A stretch of DNA of 64,000 bases from Eledone cirrhosa (GCA_964016885.1 OZ024742.1:276582001-276646000), one strand, 5' to 3'; counted from the first letter of the stretch, positions 39,151 to 52,126 are shown. Notes: generated from the sequence alone by a model not told the origin. Numbers and translations are program-made.

Positions 39151-39849
39151 TATATATATACATATATATAGGTAATACAGGCAGGTTAACCGAGAATATA
39201 AACTAAGAATGTAGTCTATTGCTCCTTATTAGCTATTCACACCATGACTGTGCACCCCACCCCTACTCTATTCAAGATCTAAATCCTTACATCGCCCCAC
39301 TCTATCCAGGATGACCCTTACCCTTGCCCTTCTTACACCCTCACAAACCAGTCAACTCTTTAGTAGCTGTTCTCATCATTACAGTACTCCTATGCTATCA
39401 GCGGTCACTTTTTCTCTTCCACTTGACATACTTTCTCACCTCTCCTACATATCATACACATACCAATGGCGCTATACTGATCGTCCTTCCTATCTTCCAC
39501 CTGTCCTATCAACCTCTCATAGTGTAGAGAGGGCTTTCAGTTGAATAAATGTTTAATACCCTCCCTGGTACTGGTAACACAAAAAAAATTCACCCAGTAC
39601 AGCTTGTAAGATGGTTGGTGATAGCAAGGGCATCCGGCTGTAAAAACCAAGCAAAAAGGCTTGAAAGGTCTTTTCAGTTGTGTCAGGATGAGGAGGTCAC
39701 TGTCATCTGTTTTTGAGGTTGCCTATGATTATTCTAAGCTTGACATCAAATATTGTAAGTACCTTAATTACATCTATCTACTAGGAAAATGTCTATTCCA
39801 CCTATTGCTTCATTGTTTCCTATCCAGAAGAGCTTATATCTGCAAGGAA

Positions 39850-41150
39850 TCTAACTGAGATTCCTCTCCACCTCACTTCCTGTACACAGCACACAAATAT
39901 ATGCCTCCATTCAAGCATCTCCACAATTTTCCCTGATCTCCCTTTCATTGTATCAACATTAAGGGTGGCAACCTAGTGCTTGGCACATTGTTATACAGCT
40001 GTCATTTTACTTACTCCTCATATGTCCATACCAGTGCAATCATCTTTTTTTGTACACTATTATCTGATTCCTCTTGTATTCAGATTTCCATTCAGCAGAG
40101 TATGCTTGCTTCAGTTCTTTCTAACCCATGTAAATCTTCTTCATTTTGGGCTCACATCTTGCTACCTTGCAGCATAGCAGTTCAAACATAGGCATCATAC
40201 AACCTGCCTTTCATTCTGAAAGTGGAGCTAGCAGAAGTAACAATTACACTTTTGGTACATCCATCTTCACTGCAAATGAGGTCACCAAGATAGCAGAAAC
40301 TGTCTACTTCTTCTAGTGAACCTTTTGAGCACATGTCACATGTGAAATCTACCTTTTCTGTCAGCATACTTGTCATTCCACTACATCTCTTGTGTGCCCA
40401 CTGTCCACACTGAGAACACTGTATAGAGTTTTCTACCTACTCTTTTTCTGCAATTTCAGCATGTTCGTTTCCTTAATAGTAGCAGAGTCCTATCCTTTTC
40501 CTACTTACAAAGATTTTAGACTTAGCTAAGTTTATATTGAGGTCCTTGCATTCCAGAATCTGCTTCTATGTGTAGAAATTCTTCACTAATTCATCTACGC
40601 TCGGGTCTTGAATAATTGTCTCCTACTCCCTTTTAATTTTTCAGATTTTTTTTATTCCAATATCGCTCATTAAATTTAGCTAATCTAGCTCCTCCAGCAA
40701 AATTTTATTTTAAGTGGTAGCATTAATCAATTTTCTTTAGACATTAAAAAACATTATACATGACAAAAAAAGAGACATTACAAGAAATCTCATACATTAT
40801 AAAATACATAGGATGGGTTGGGGTCTCTATATGTAAACTAAACAACTAATTCTGGTTTTTTTATTTTTTTATTGAGACAACCTAGAAAAATTATAAATTT
40901 TCTAACCCCACTGCTTATTCCTCCCCGTCTATTATTTGGGACCCGAGTTCTTTCTGCAATGAAGACCAGGCCATAAGCATACAAGAGTTCCTACAAGCAA
41001 CCAGTCTTGAATTCCTCTGCTTTGGCCTGGAGGGCTATAAAAATAAACATGAGGGAGCTAGGAAGTGAGCCCTGATGGACTTCGACCTGCATACTAAATT
41101 TGTTGCCAACTATCACCTTCCTGGCTCCTCTTCTGCATATAAGAATAAGG
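39850..41150 (-). mobile_element. RTE-clade LINE remnant with Cys-rich insert in the RT region
   Basis: FSMQVEVHQGS...EEFKTGC (41000-41110); SIQCSQCGQWAHKRC; FTCDMC..SLEEVDSFCYLGD..; MKGRLYDAYV. Interrupted by a MITE. Confidence 0.8.
40598..40948. mobile_element. TIR MITE (pogo/Tigger-like) nested in RTE
   Basis: ctcgggtcttgaataat vs the reverse complement of attatttgggacccgag; AT-rich interior. Confidence 0.6.
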
Positions 41151-41777
41151 CACAAGCTGGTTATCAAACACAAAGATATGTAGAAAAGTTAATGAATAAG
41201 GGTAGCAATTCACAAGTGAAACAATTCATAATTGGAAAAAATCAATCATTTTCCTTTTAATTAGAAACAATTCTACTTAATAGAGTAATTCACATTTTGG
41301 GCCAAGTTTTAGGTACAAAATTTAGACTTCAATTATTAGTATGGAATTCATCAATGCTTCAAGTTTCAATTGTAGATCTGACCAGTCTGTAATTCACCAT
41401 AGGCACTTGTATATTTTTACATGAAGTCAAGAAGAGGTTTCTTCTCTTATATTAAAGATTTTGCTGAGCAGGGTCAGGATAATGAGCTTCATGTCTGTGC
41501 ATAAACGACAGAAGCTACTGTAGCATTTGCATTCTTTTACTTCTACTACAATATATTTTTTATTGTAAGATTGCTTTCTCCCTTTCATTTAAAATCCAAA
41601 TGTTTTAAAGGTGATGCAGCATTGTTTTTACTCATGAGTCTAAATAAATGAGTGTGCTGTATGTATCTAATTATAAAAGTGTTTTTAGTTAACCCAATAA
41701 CTAACTCACTCGATATGCAAATTAGGCATAAGGAAAGTATATACTTTCAAACGTTCAATCGATTGACAGGAAGGTAT

Positions 41778-41820
41778 ACGGTGCTGATGACAGCTAAGAA
41801 GCTAGAAACTAGTTCATCGT
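41778..41820 (+). ncRNA. Minimal type I hammerhead ribozyme
   Basis: acggtg-CTGATGA-cagc-taagaa-gcta-GAAA-ctag-TT-catcgt: 6-bp stem I, palindromic aactagtt stem III, GUU triplet, C-A mismatch at the stem II base. Followed by hairpins, AATAAA (~41914) and (TA)n at 41943. Confidence 0.82.
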
Positions 41821-42577
41821 TCCTTTGTCAGTGTTGAACAAAAGGGCAACGATGGTTGCCGAACACTGTATGGCTTAATTTGGGCTGTTTGTTTACAAAC
41901 AAACCGAGCATTATAATAAATGTTCGGTAAACCCATACGAACATATATATATGTGTGCATGTATGTATGTATATACATACTACTGTACGTCTGTATACAT
42001 ATATGTATGTACGTATACATACTTATATTTCAATATCTTTTCTTTGCCATCAACTAATTCTACATCTGCTCTGTATATTATTTCTTTCAACAGGCATTTT
42101 CTATCCAATATAAAGAAAACAATTCTTGTTAGGATTCTATCATAGTATGAGGCAGCTTTATTAATAGGTGTACATGCACACACACATGGGAAGAAAAAGC
42201 GAAGGATTCTTGGATGGCTAGAATCAATAGTTTGATCATTTGCAATACCAAAAAGACTAGGAATAATGAACAACTAGTGTTCAAAATTGTTATTTGTTTT
42301 GTATTATATCAGCTATGGTTTTTGATGTGATAACGTGATTGTGATGATCTTCAGCATGTACATACAGCTGTGCTATCTGTATTGTGTACTAGTGTAACCT
42401 CATATTTTTCTATGAAGCTCTTTTTGTCATTGTTTAGCCACTGGTTGAGCAAACCTATTTTCAAATGCATTCTAGCAGTGGCCAATTCATCTTTACTGGC
42501 ATTGTTATCTAATATGTCCTTTTTTTTGTTTAACCTTTTCATTACCATATTTCTAATAAAAGACACTTCTTTGACTA

Positions 42578-42690
42578 TTTATTCCTGAGAGGGTCGTGGG
42601 GACAAAGTCCTCAAACACTCCTTCCAGTGAGTCCTGTCAGAAGCAACCGTCTCCAACCGATCTGGCTGGATCTCCAAGTGAGACCAGCCA
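42578..42690 (-). mobile_element. Short 3'-end copy of the Expander-like RTE
   Basis: Matches 34570-34680 (ttattcctgagaggg.cgtggg...cctcaaacactccttccagtg). Confidence 0.8.
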
Positions 42691-44009
42691 AGAATTTTGA
42701 AAATAATCAAGAATTTGGAACGACTTAGTAATAACATTTTCTCATTAAACTGGTGTTTGGAGTATAAATTAACAAAGGTACTTACAATAAATTATGATAT
42801 AAGGTTTTTTAATAAATATAAACTTTAAAACAAACAGCTTTGCATCATAGTACCAGGGTCAGTTCAGGTGTGTATCGAAAGTGTTAAAGATGGTAATGTG
42901 ATTTTACAGAGATTTTGATACAATTTCTAGCAGGTCAAATGACCATATAGAGGCTTCATATCAACTTGGTAGTTTCATGTAATTGTATATCACTGTAATA
43001 GAAACAAATTTCAGTGTTTGTATCTTGGTTATTGTTCTTATTTATTATTTTTGGTGCTTTCTGAGTTGGCCTATTAACAGTAGGTTTGGAAATCAATCTA
43101 TAGGTCAGGTCTACCACCTTGAATATTCCATGTGTCAATTGATCTTGGGCCACAATCTGTCAGCAATGACATGTTGTCCCTAACACATTTAACTATTTTG
43201 TTACTGTATTTCTAAATAAATACTTTATTTTTTAAATAATTATTGAAGAATTAGGGAAGTACTAAAATTATTATTTCATTAAGATAGAATTTGTAACATA
43301 AAAAGTTTATATATGCAATTTTAGATGAGTTGGTATCAAACAGGTAAAAAAATCTATGTTGGAAGGTTTTATTCCTTTAAAATGGGGGCTTTTGTTTCAT
43401 AGAAACAGAAGCAATTTTAGATGAGTTGGTGTCAAAAAGGTAAAAAATAAGACTAAAACCATGCACGAAGTTAAATTTTTCAAACATTGCAATCAATATA
43501 AGAACAAAATAATAAAGCATATACTATCACACATACTGTGGAAAACAAGAAAACCTTAATGAAGATTTAACCTGTACTGAGGAGAGGTCAACACAAGCCC
43601 AATGCTTCAATTCTCCCAAGACATGCTGAGGCTATGGTTTTAATTTAAAAAATTGAAGTGGATTGACAACATTGAAATATCAATAATACAAAATTGAAAG
43701 TATGTAGAAAGGGGGAAAAAATAATGTGATCTTTGGCAGACAGTGAAAACTGGTATAACTTTGGCTTAAATGACCAAATCACATATTTTGACCAACCTTA
43801 ACAAACTACATGGCGTCTTAGATTTTGATTTCAGCAGTGCCTTGCTTGACTGTCACTTTGATTATGCCATGTTTTGTGTCTTCTCAAGTGTACTGACTTG
43901 GTTTGTGTTTTGTTTGTCACTTGTATGCTGTATCTATTGTTACTTCATTTCACTGTGTCTCAGTTATATACTTAGACATGTTTAATTTGGTTTTGTTTCA
44001 AAGAGAGGA

Positions 44010-45805
44010 CTATTATTATTATAAGGATTGGCAGTATCGGTAGAGGGTCTGATGCCATGCTTTGCAGCAAAGGTTAACTTTGCCTTTCACCCTTATGGAG
44101 TCTATAAAATAAAGTACCAGTAATACACTGGGATAATTGCTGGCCTTGTTCCAAAAGTAGAAACAATTATTATTATTGCCTTTCATCCTTACGGGTCGAT
44201 AAAATAAAGTACCAGTAATGCACAGGGGTTAATTTCATCAACTTTCCCAATCCCCTAACATTGCTGGCCTTGTGCCTAATCAGAAACCATTATTGTTATT
44301 GTTGAGAGTGGTGGATTGGCAGAATCAGTAGAGCATCAGACAACATACTTTGCGGCATATAGTTACAGCCCTTTACATTCTGAGGTTACATCCTTATGGG
44401 GGTCAATAAAATAAAGATCCAGTAATGCACTGGGGTCGATTTCATCGACTTTCCCCTTCCCCAAAATTGTTTGCCTTATGCCTAAATCAGAAACCATTAT
44501 TATTATTATTAAGGAATAAGGGCGGTGGATTGGCAGTATCGGTAGAGGATCGGACGCCATGCTTTCCAGTATAGTTATGTCCCTTTACGATCTGAGTTCA
44601 AATCCCGCCGAGGTTGACTTTGCCTTTCATCCTTACGGGGTCGATAAAATAAAGTACCAGTCATGCACTGGATAATTGCTGGCCATGTGCCTAAAGTAGA
44701 AACAATTATTATTATTAAGGAATGATATAAGGGTAATAGAATGGCACAAACTGTAGTGAAGAAAGCAAAATTCCTTGTACTATTTCTGTCATTTTTATAT
44801 TCTGAGTTTTCTTTTGTTTTTCAACCTTCCAGGGTTGATAAAATAAACACCAGTCAAGTACTAGAATCACTAAATCATTTATATTGTCTTAAAGTTTGAA
44901 GTTTTGTGTCTAAATTAGAATAATTATCATTACTATTATTAGGGCAGTGGGTGGCAGTATCGGTAAAGTGTCAGACACCATGCTTTGCACCATAGTTATG
45001 GACCTTTACGTTCTGAGTTCAAATCCCACCGAGGTTAACTTTGCCTTTCGGGGATAAAATAAAGTACCAGTAGAGTACTGGGATAATTGCTGGCCTTGTG
45101 CCAAAAGTAGAAACAATTATCATTACTATTATTATGAAGTGGTAGAATTGGTAGAATATCAGACTAAAATCTCTGGAAGTATTTTGTTATGTCTCTTTAT
45201 GTTTTGAGTTAAATCTCACCTTTCATCTTTCTGTGATTTTTAAAATAAAATACCAACCAAATATTGAGACCTATACTGTGTCCTTCCCCAGATTTGTGGC
45301 CTTGTGCTTATGTCAGAAATCACTATTGTAATTATTATTGTTATTATTAGTCTTATTTTTATTGGGTATGTGCAGTGTTGATTTTGGTGTTATTTTTAAT
45401 GTATTCAGTGTAGTACTCTTCATAATATGTGTGTAGTGCCTAGTAGTGCTATTGTTTGTATGCTGTATATATTTGTAAGTCCTGGGGTTTGGGTTATGTA
45501 TCTGCCTATGTGCTTTTTATCCCCACGGCACCTATTATTGTTATAGTTCCCGCCAAGGTTAGCTTTGCCTTTCATCCTTATGAGGTTGACAAAATAAAAG
45601 CACCAGTAATGTACTGGGATCAATTTAATCGACTTTCTCCTCCTCTCAAATTATTGGCCTTGTGCATAAAGCCCTTGCCATTCTGAGTTCAAATCCCGCC
45701 GAGGTTAACTTTGCCTTTCATCCTTACGAGGTCGATAAAATAAAGTACCAGTAATGCAATGGGTAATTGCTGGCCTTGTGCCAAAAGTAGAAACAATTAT
45801 TATAG
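44010..45805 (+). mobile_element. Head-to-tail array of about 9 Deu/Nin-type SINE copies
   Basis: Repeated ggattggcagtatcggtagag...gagttcaaatcccgccgagg...gtcgataaaataaagtaccag...agtagaaacaa(tta)n units. Confidence 0.9.
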
Positions 45806-45839
45806 TTATTGTTTCTATTTTCATCATTTTCATTCAGTT

Positions 45840-46110
45840 TATTTTTATCTTTAGATTCTTATATTTGGATAATTTCTCTATTTCCTTGATAGATATATTG
45901 TTGTCTATGGAGATTGATATATCAATTAGAAGACACTTTTTCTCTTTGTGGTCTTTGACTATAATATCCGTGTGTATTGATATATCCCAGAGTGTGGTTG
46001 TTTTGTCATTCTTTCACATCTTTCATGGTGTATGCCTGTACCATCTTTTTTCTGTTGGTATTTCATAGTGTTAGCATAACTTCCAGTATATATAAATCCC
46101 AACACTGTCA
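45840..46110 (-). mobile_element. R4/Dong-like REL endonuclease fragment
   Basis: YIYWKLC..YEIPTEKRWYRHTP...TLWD...DIIVKDHREKKCLLIDISISID.NI..KEIEKLSKYK.L. Confidence 0.75.
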
Positions 46111-46189
46111 TCATCTGTGAATATATTATTATTATGAACTTGATATCTCAATCACTGATGATATTCAACTGGAATATTTGCCCTAATGA

Positions 46190-46770
46190 ACATTAAGCCG
46201 TTACCTGCAGCCTCAGATATCCAGGATGTATCTGAGGGTCCTTGCTATTTCCAGAAGGCATGCCTTTTGGAGTGTTCTAAAAAAGGATACTGAACTAATG
46301 TTCTTTAACCAGCCTTAGGAGCTCTTCGAGATAACACCTAGTGCTTCTATGATGATGGGGACAACCTTGATCTCATGACAGTCCCAAATCATTTTCAGTT
46401 CCCACTTAAGATCCCGGTACCAGTTAATTTTCTCCTTCTCCTTTTCTTTCACTCTTGTGTCAAAGCAGCAAGCTACATCTATAATCAAGCAAGATCTTTT
46501 TTTCCTTGTCAAAAACCACCAGGTCAGGTCTATTTGTTCGAATTTCTTGTTGGTTTGTATCCTGAAATCCTATATCACCTTCAGCTGATTGTTTTCTATC
46601 ACCAACTCTAGCATATGTTCATACCACTTCTCTGAGTGAGGTAAATCATTCAGTTTGCATAAATGCCAGTGAATCACTTTTCCTATGATATGATGTGAGC
46701 CACAGTTTCCTCTCTCTCTCCACAGATCCTACAGAGTGGGCTAGCCTCCTCTTTGTCAATATGATGTTAT
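46190..46770 (-). mobile_element. R4/Dong-like retrotransposon 3' fragment
   Basis: CRIC..EETVAH, VIHWHLCK, KWYEH, CLIIDVACCFD..KEKEKINWYRDLKWEL..VVPIIIEALG, LQKACLLEIARTLR; (TAA)n downstream. Confidence 0.85.
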
Positions 46771-46879
46771 TTGTTATTATTATTATTATCATCCTTCATT
46801 TGGACAATGATAATCTTATTAACACTGGATCATTTAATTGAGTCTCTATCAAGTTATGTAATGTCAGATAGACAGTACT

Positions 46880-49380
46880 CTCCTCTAGATATTTGCTGTT
46901 CCTAAAAGTGTTGTTTTCTGCAATGTTGTAATGCTGGAACTGATTCCAATTCTATCAAGGTTTTTCTGGAGGTTTTCTTTCACTGACCCAGGTGCTCTTG
47001 TCATAATTGCTTTCATATTCCACATTTTCTTGACATCTATTCTCTAGTCTGCATACTTTACAATTTTCTCATGTTCTTTACCATTAATGTAATGGTCTCC
47101 TTGCCAAGCTACATTGATCATCAAACATCTATCATTACCTTTCTCCACCAAAGTTATGTCTATTTTCAAGAATTCTATATGTCTGGATTGTGAAATCCCA
47201 CAAGAGTTTCACAGTCTGATTTTTTAGGACCTTCTCTGGTTTGTGCTGATACCATTTCTCAGTGGTTGCAAACCCATATTTCTTACATAAAGCCCATTGG
47301 AGGTGTTAGTACACTTTATCATGATGCCTTTTATATTCCTTCTTTGCAAGCATGTCACAGACACTCACATTGTATGTTACACTTTCCACCTTCTTCCTAC
47401 ATAAGCTACATTTATTTATATCATCTGGGTTATACATATTCCTTATAATGTTTGTTTTGTGCTTGATTTTGAGCAGCTGTTAAACTTTCTGTCTTTCTCT
47501 TAAGATCACCTTTTGTCAACCAAACCAATTCCATGAATATCCTACTTCTACTTCCTTTGTTTCTCTTTCAAATTGACCATGTAATTCCATATGCTCCCTT
47601 GTAGTCAATTTATGAGCCAGCAACCTCTGTTTGTAATTTTTAAAAAATTCCAATAGTTTCAATGTATAGGCTGATGTTATTTATTTTGAGAACAATACCT
47701 TAACATCAATATAAGTGGTCAATTACAACCAGTTTGAACAGAAAGAGGTGAGAGAATTCTGGCCAGATATAGCTGGTTTAAATGCTAAAAGGTTAAAAGT
47801 ATTTTTACTACTGGTCAAATACTAGTCTAAGAACTTACATTCATTAGCCACGCAATCTTTCACAATTACAAGTCCTAAGCCTCTTACATTCCTCAGTCTA
47901 CATAGCCTCATGACATTTGCCCTTGGGTGCAATGCACCATTGTTAACCATTTTCTTACACATTAGCCTATCCAACTTCTCTATCACTTCTTTGGTCCAAT
48001 TCAGAACAGCTGCACTATATCTAATAACTGGCACAGTTGTTTTCAGTAGCAGTTCTAACCTATTTAAATAGACTTTGTTCACATTTCCTTTCATTTTCTC
48101 ATTTAGAAATTTGTTAAGCTCCAAAATGCCCAGATATTTGTACCCACTATCCTCTTGGTGGCCAATCGACTCTGCATCAGATGACTCAATCCCACCATTA
48201 TGTACATGCCTACCTCTCTTTATATTTATAGTGGCACACTTTGCAATACCAAACTCCCAATGTCCCCACCAGTGGACAGTTTTGTCCAGTGAGTCAACCT
48301 AAGATTCCTTCTTGCATAAGACCATTGATAATGGAATCGTGGCAATCACAAAGAGCAACAACAAGAAGGAATCTTCTTGAAATATTCCTTTTCTTATATT
48401 GACCACACCTATGTATTTATTTCCTGCATACAGGTTTGTCTTCCACAAAGGCATGCTAGACTCTATTACATTAATAACAGTCTGCTATCCTAAACATTCT
48501 CAAACATTTCAGTACCCATGAATGTGGGACCATGTCAAAAGCTTTCTTAAAGTCTATCCAAGCCATGCATACATTTTTTAGACATCTTTTGCAGTTATTC
48601 TTGATCACCTTGTCAACAGCAAAATCCTCTTTGTTTCCTTGAGAGTTTTCCTACAATTGACATGTAGCATCTCATTCTGAAGCAAGTGATCTTACACTTT
48701 TGCAGCAAAACAAATTCAAGCAAACAATTGGCCTGTAATTTCCAACTAACAGACCTATCCTTTTACCCTTCATTATCAAAGTTGTCTTTCAACCATCTAA
48801 CTTGGAACTTCTTGTATTACACAATCATTTAGGCGCTTCCCTAGCTTTGAAAGAACACCTTTAAATCTTTTCAACCACAATCTTTGAGTCCCATCTAATC
48901 CAGGAGATTTCCAGTTTGGCATTTTCCTAACTTGCTCTTAACGTCTTCTTTTGAAATTCTTTCTCATCTGTTTTGGTTCATTAGATAATTTAAGCTCAAC
49001 TTCATTTATCCATCCATCTTTGTTATGCTCTTTTGCCATCTCCGATAGATTTGGCCATAATTGTGTGGATTCTTCAGCATTAGGTGCAACTTCTGCCCCC
49101 TTTTTTCCTGGGTATTGTAAAGAACATTTTCTGATTTGCAGAGAACATTCTGTTCTGTTTATATTGTTTTTTTCTATTTGTGTAGCACCTACACCTAACT
49201 TGATTAGATTTTGTCTTAATTCACTGCTTCACTTTTTCCATCACTACATTAAAACCTTTCAACTTCATTTTATACCTTATGGCCATGCATCATTTCTCCC
49301 TTACTTTGGCCTTTTTCCATTTTCCTCTATGCTGTGCATCCATTTTACCTAGATCTTTCCTAAACTTAGTTGTATCACCT
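46880..49380 (-). mobile_element. Longer R4/Dong-like retrotransposon remnant (RT + REL)
   Basis: NWKSPG.DG, AWIDF.KAFDMVPH, KGIFQEDS, YKYLGILE, VPVIRYSA...KLDR...GALHPRANV.RL..GLGL, LQKTTLLGTA. Interrupted by a partial MITE-B at ~47680-47795. Confidence 0.85.
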
Positions 49381-50869
49381 TCTAATGTACTAATCTAAGT
49401 GCATCATGATTAAGATATTTCCAGTTCAAACCCTACCAGTTACTATTTAACATTTTGTTCCGCCAGTGGAAAAGGAAAACACAAGAATATAAGTATACCA
49501 CTTTAAAGTGATTGTGTAGGTGTCGCAATAAAAATCACCCAGCCCACACTGTAAAGTGGTCATGTAGGTGTCACGACAAAAAGCATCCAATCCACACTGT
49601 AAAGTGGTCATGTAGGAGTCATGACCAAAAGCACCCAGCACACTGTAAATGTGGTTGGTGTTAGTAAGGGAATCCAGTTGTAGAAATCTATCCTGACCCA
49701 ACCTGCCTCAAATGGGACAACCAATCTAACCCATGCTAGTATGGAAGGTGGACATTAAATGGCAATGATGATGATCATCATCATGATATATATATATATA
49801 CACATACATAGAACAAGTAAAGCGCTGTCTGAGGTTTATGATCACCTCAGACTGCACAGTGTCGCTTGCTGATGACAGAAGTCACTGTTCCGATTGCTCC
49901 TCCTCGCATTTTGCACCACCATGTACAGTCTGTGGATGTGGTCATAACTGGACCTTGAAACCCAAAGTAGCATTTCAGTTGTTCTGTGTATGATCATAAA
50001 TAAATAATATATCTGCTCCCTTACACTAGATCAAGTACTTTTTTACTGGGTATTGATTTAATCAACTATAACCCCTGCGCTACAAATATCACCTATGTGC
50101 AATTATTTTTAAAAAAAATTATTATTAAATTATATTTGATGTACTGTTGCTTGGTTTTAGATGGTCATGTTACAGAAGATAAACTTACCAGACCTGTGTT
50201 ATCTCACACACTCACACAGAAATGTTCCCTCACCCCGCTCTCTCTTATATATATAAATATATATATATATGTTTATTTATTAAACTACTTAAGTAAGTAC
50301 TACTGTAATACACCTAATTGTTGGTACATTGTACTAACAGCAGTAGTGGTGGTAATAGTACCTGTAGTAGTAGTTACTGAACTTTCTCTCCCCCACTCTC
50401 CACATACATATGTATATGTTAGTATTGGTGAACGTGAGAATGGGTGCTCAATACCACAGTAGAGTTTATTAGAGCTGATCCAGTAACCTGGATCAACAAC
50501 AATTATTTATATACAAACACACACACACATACACACACACACACACATATATATATATACTGATTTCCAAATTCATTTATGGGTACAGACCAGTGAAGTA
50601 GTAGCATGTTCATCAGTTGTAATATTCTAGTGGGCAGGCTCCCCACCCCTCGCTTACATTAATATTGTAAAGATGTTGTATTTGACCTACTTCAGAAACT
50701 CTTAGTAGTTAGTACCTAGTTGTTGTTATTGTTGGGAGTGGGGGTGGGTGGCTTGGGTAGGGGAATGTTTGCATAAAACTTTTTTTTATTTTATTTTTGT
50801 TTTACTACTGCACTATCTATCTCTGTCTATATAATTAGGTAGTTGTGGTGATAGGGAATAAAGATAGAG

Positions 50870-51274
50870 AAAGTGAGTGAGAGTGTGAATAAATGAGAGA
50901 CCACATGACAGCAACTCACTCACTATGCTACAGTAGTGGTAGTAACAGTAGCACTAGTGGTAGTAGTAGTAGTGAGATAGCAGCAGTTTAAAGCTCATTG
51001 GGCCAAGAACCGGAAAAGCAGCAGTACTACTTGAAGTTTCTTCAGTCTCAGACAGGGTCATCTGGTTACCATAGCTCGGTGGACTGCTAAACAACAGTTA
51101 CTGTTGGATCAATCCACTAAAAGAAAAACAAAAGAAGTGGAGGAAGCTTAGTAAACACTTAATTATTTGACCAGCCTGAAAGAAATAAAATGAATAATAA
51201 TACAGAACTTTAGTATTTAAAAAATTAAGTGAAAAAGAAAAAAAAACATACATATAAATAAATAAACACATACG

Positions 51275-51311
<37 letters not shown>

Positions 51312-51327
51312 ATCTGGGACAAATAAG
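50870..51327 (+). other. Candidate non-coding first/alternative exon
   Basis: Unique, microsatellite-rich UTR-like sequence ending in a consensus donor AAG|GTAAGT at 51328; the 5' boundary is unknown. Confidence 0.35.
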
Positions 51328-52071
51328 GTAAGTGTTAATTTGATACAGCTAGAGCTAGGTTGTGCAACTTATTTTGAATGTAAGAACAGAAAAATATAAA
51401 ATAATGCTGTGGTTATTGAAAATGTTAGGTGCATTGAAAGTTGTGTTGCAAGAAATCCACTAATTCAACTCAATGTGTTGTTGTTTCTTTGTGTGTGTGT
51501 CTATGCATGTATATATATATAAGTATGTATACACACACCTCCAACCTGTTGCTGTCAGGTGACTTAACTTTCAAGAAAACTTTGCTTATTCCTCTCTAAT
51601 GTTTCTCATTCACTCACTCACTCTTTTATTTTCATACTTCTTATCTTCTGTTCTCTTGTCATATCTTTTTTAGTTTGCCTACCACCTGTCCACATTCACT
51701 TTAGTTGGTTAAGCACAGGTGTATCTGTAACATTGTGTATAGGGTAGGAGGAAACTTCATTAAACCTAATTTTATTTCAATTTTTCTAATTGAAAACACT
51801 ATTTATTTGGTTGAGTTATATATATATATATATATATATATTTCAGGTGGGCTACCTATTATTTCTACTTCGTTATATCTATCCCACTTCTCCATTTATC
51901 TGTCTAGTCTGTCTATCGCTCTGTTTATTATTTCATATTTGTAGTATGTTTACCTATCTTGTTTGTTTGTCTTTCAGAAGTTTTAATTTAGTTTATCATT
52001 TATAAAAGTTAACCTTTTGTTTTGATACAGCTGTGTGTATATAGACCATATGTTTATGTCTAGGTTGAATC

Positions 52072-52074
<3 letters not shown>

Positions 52075-52122
<48 letters not shown>
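52075..52122. repeat. (CT)n microsatellite
   Basis: Pure CT repeat; another at 63581-63635. Confidence 0.95.

Positions 52123-52126
<4 letters not shown>

Noticed and set aside
49862-49975. CTGATGA (49869) ... GAAAC...GTA near (TA)n and AATAAA, a possible fifth hammerhead
   Set aside because: Neither stem I nor the stem II closing pair forms in register; at best a heavily decayed relic.
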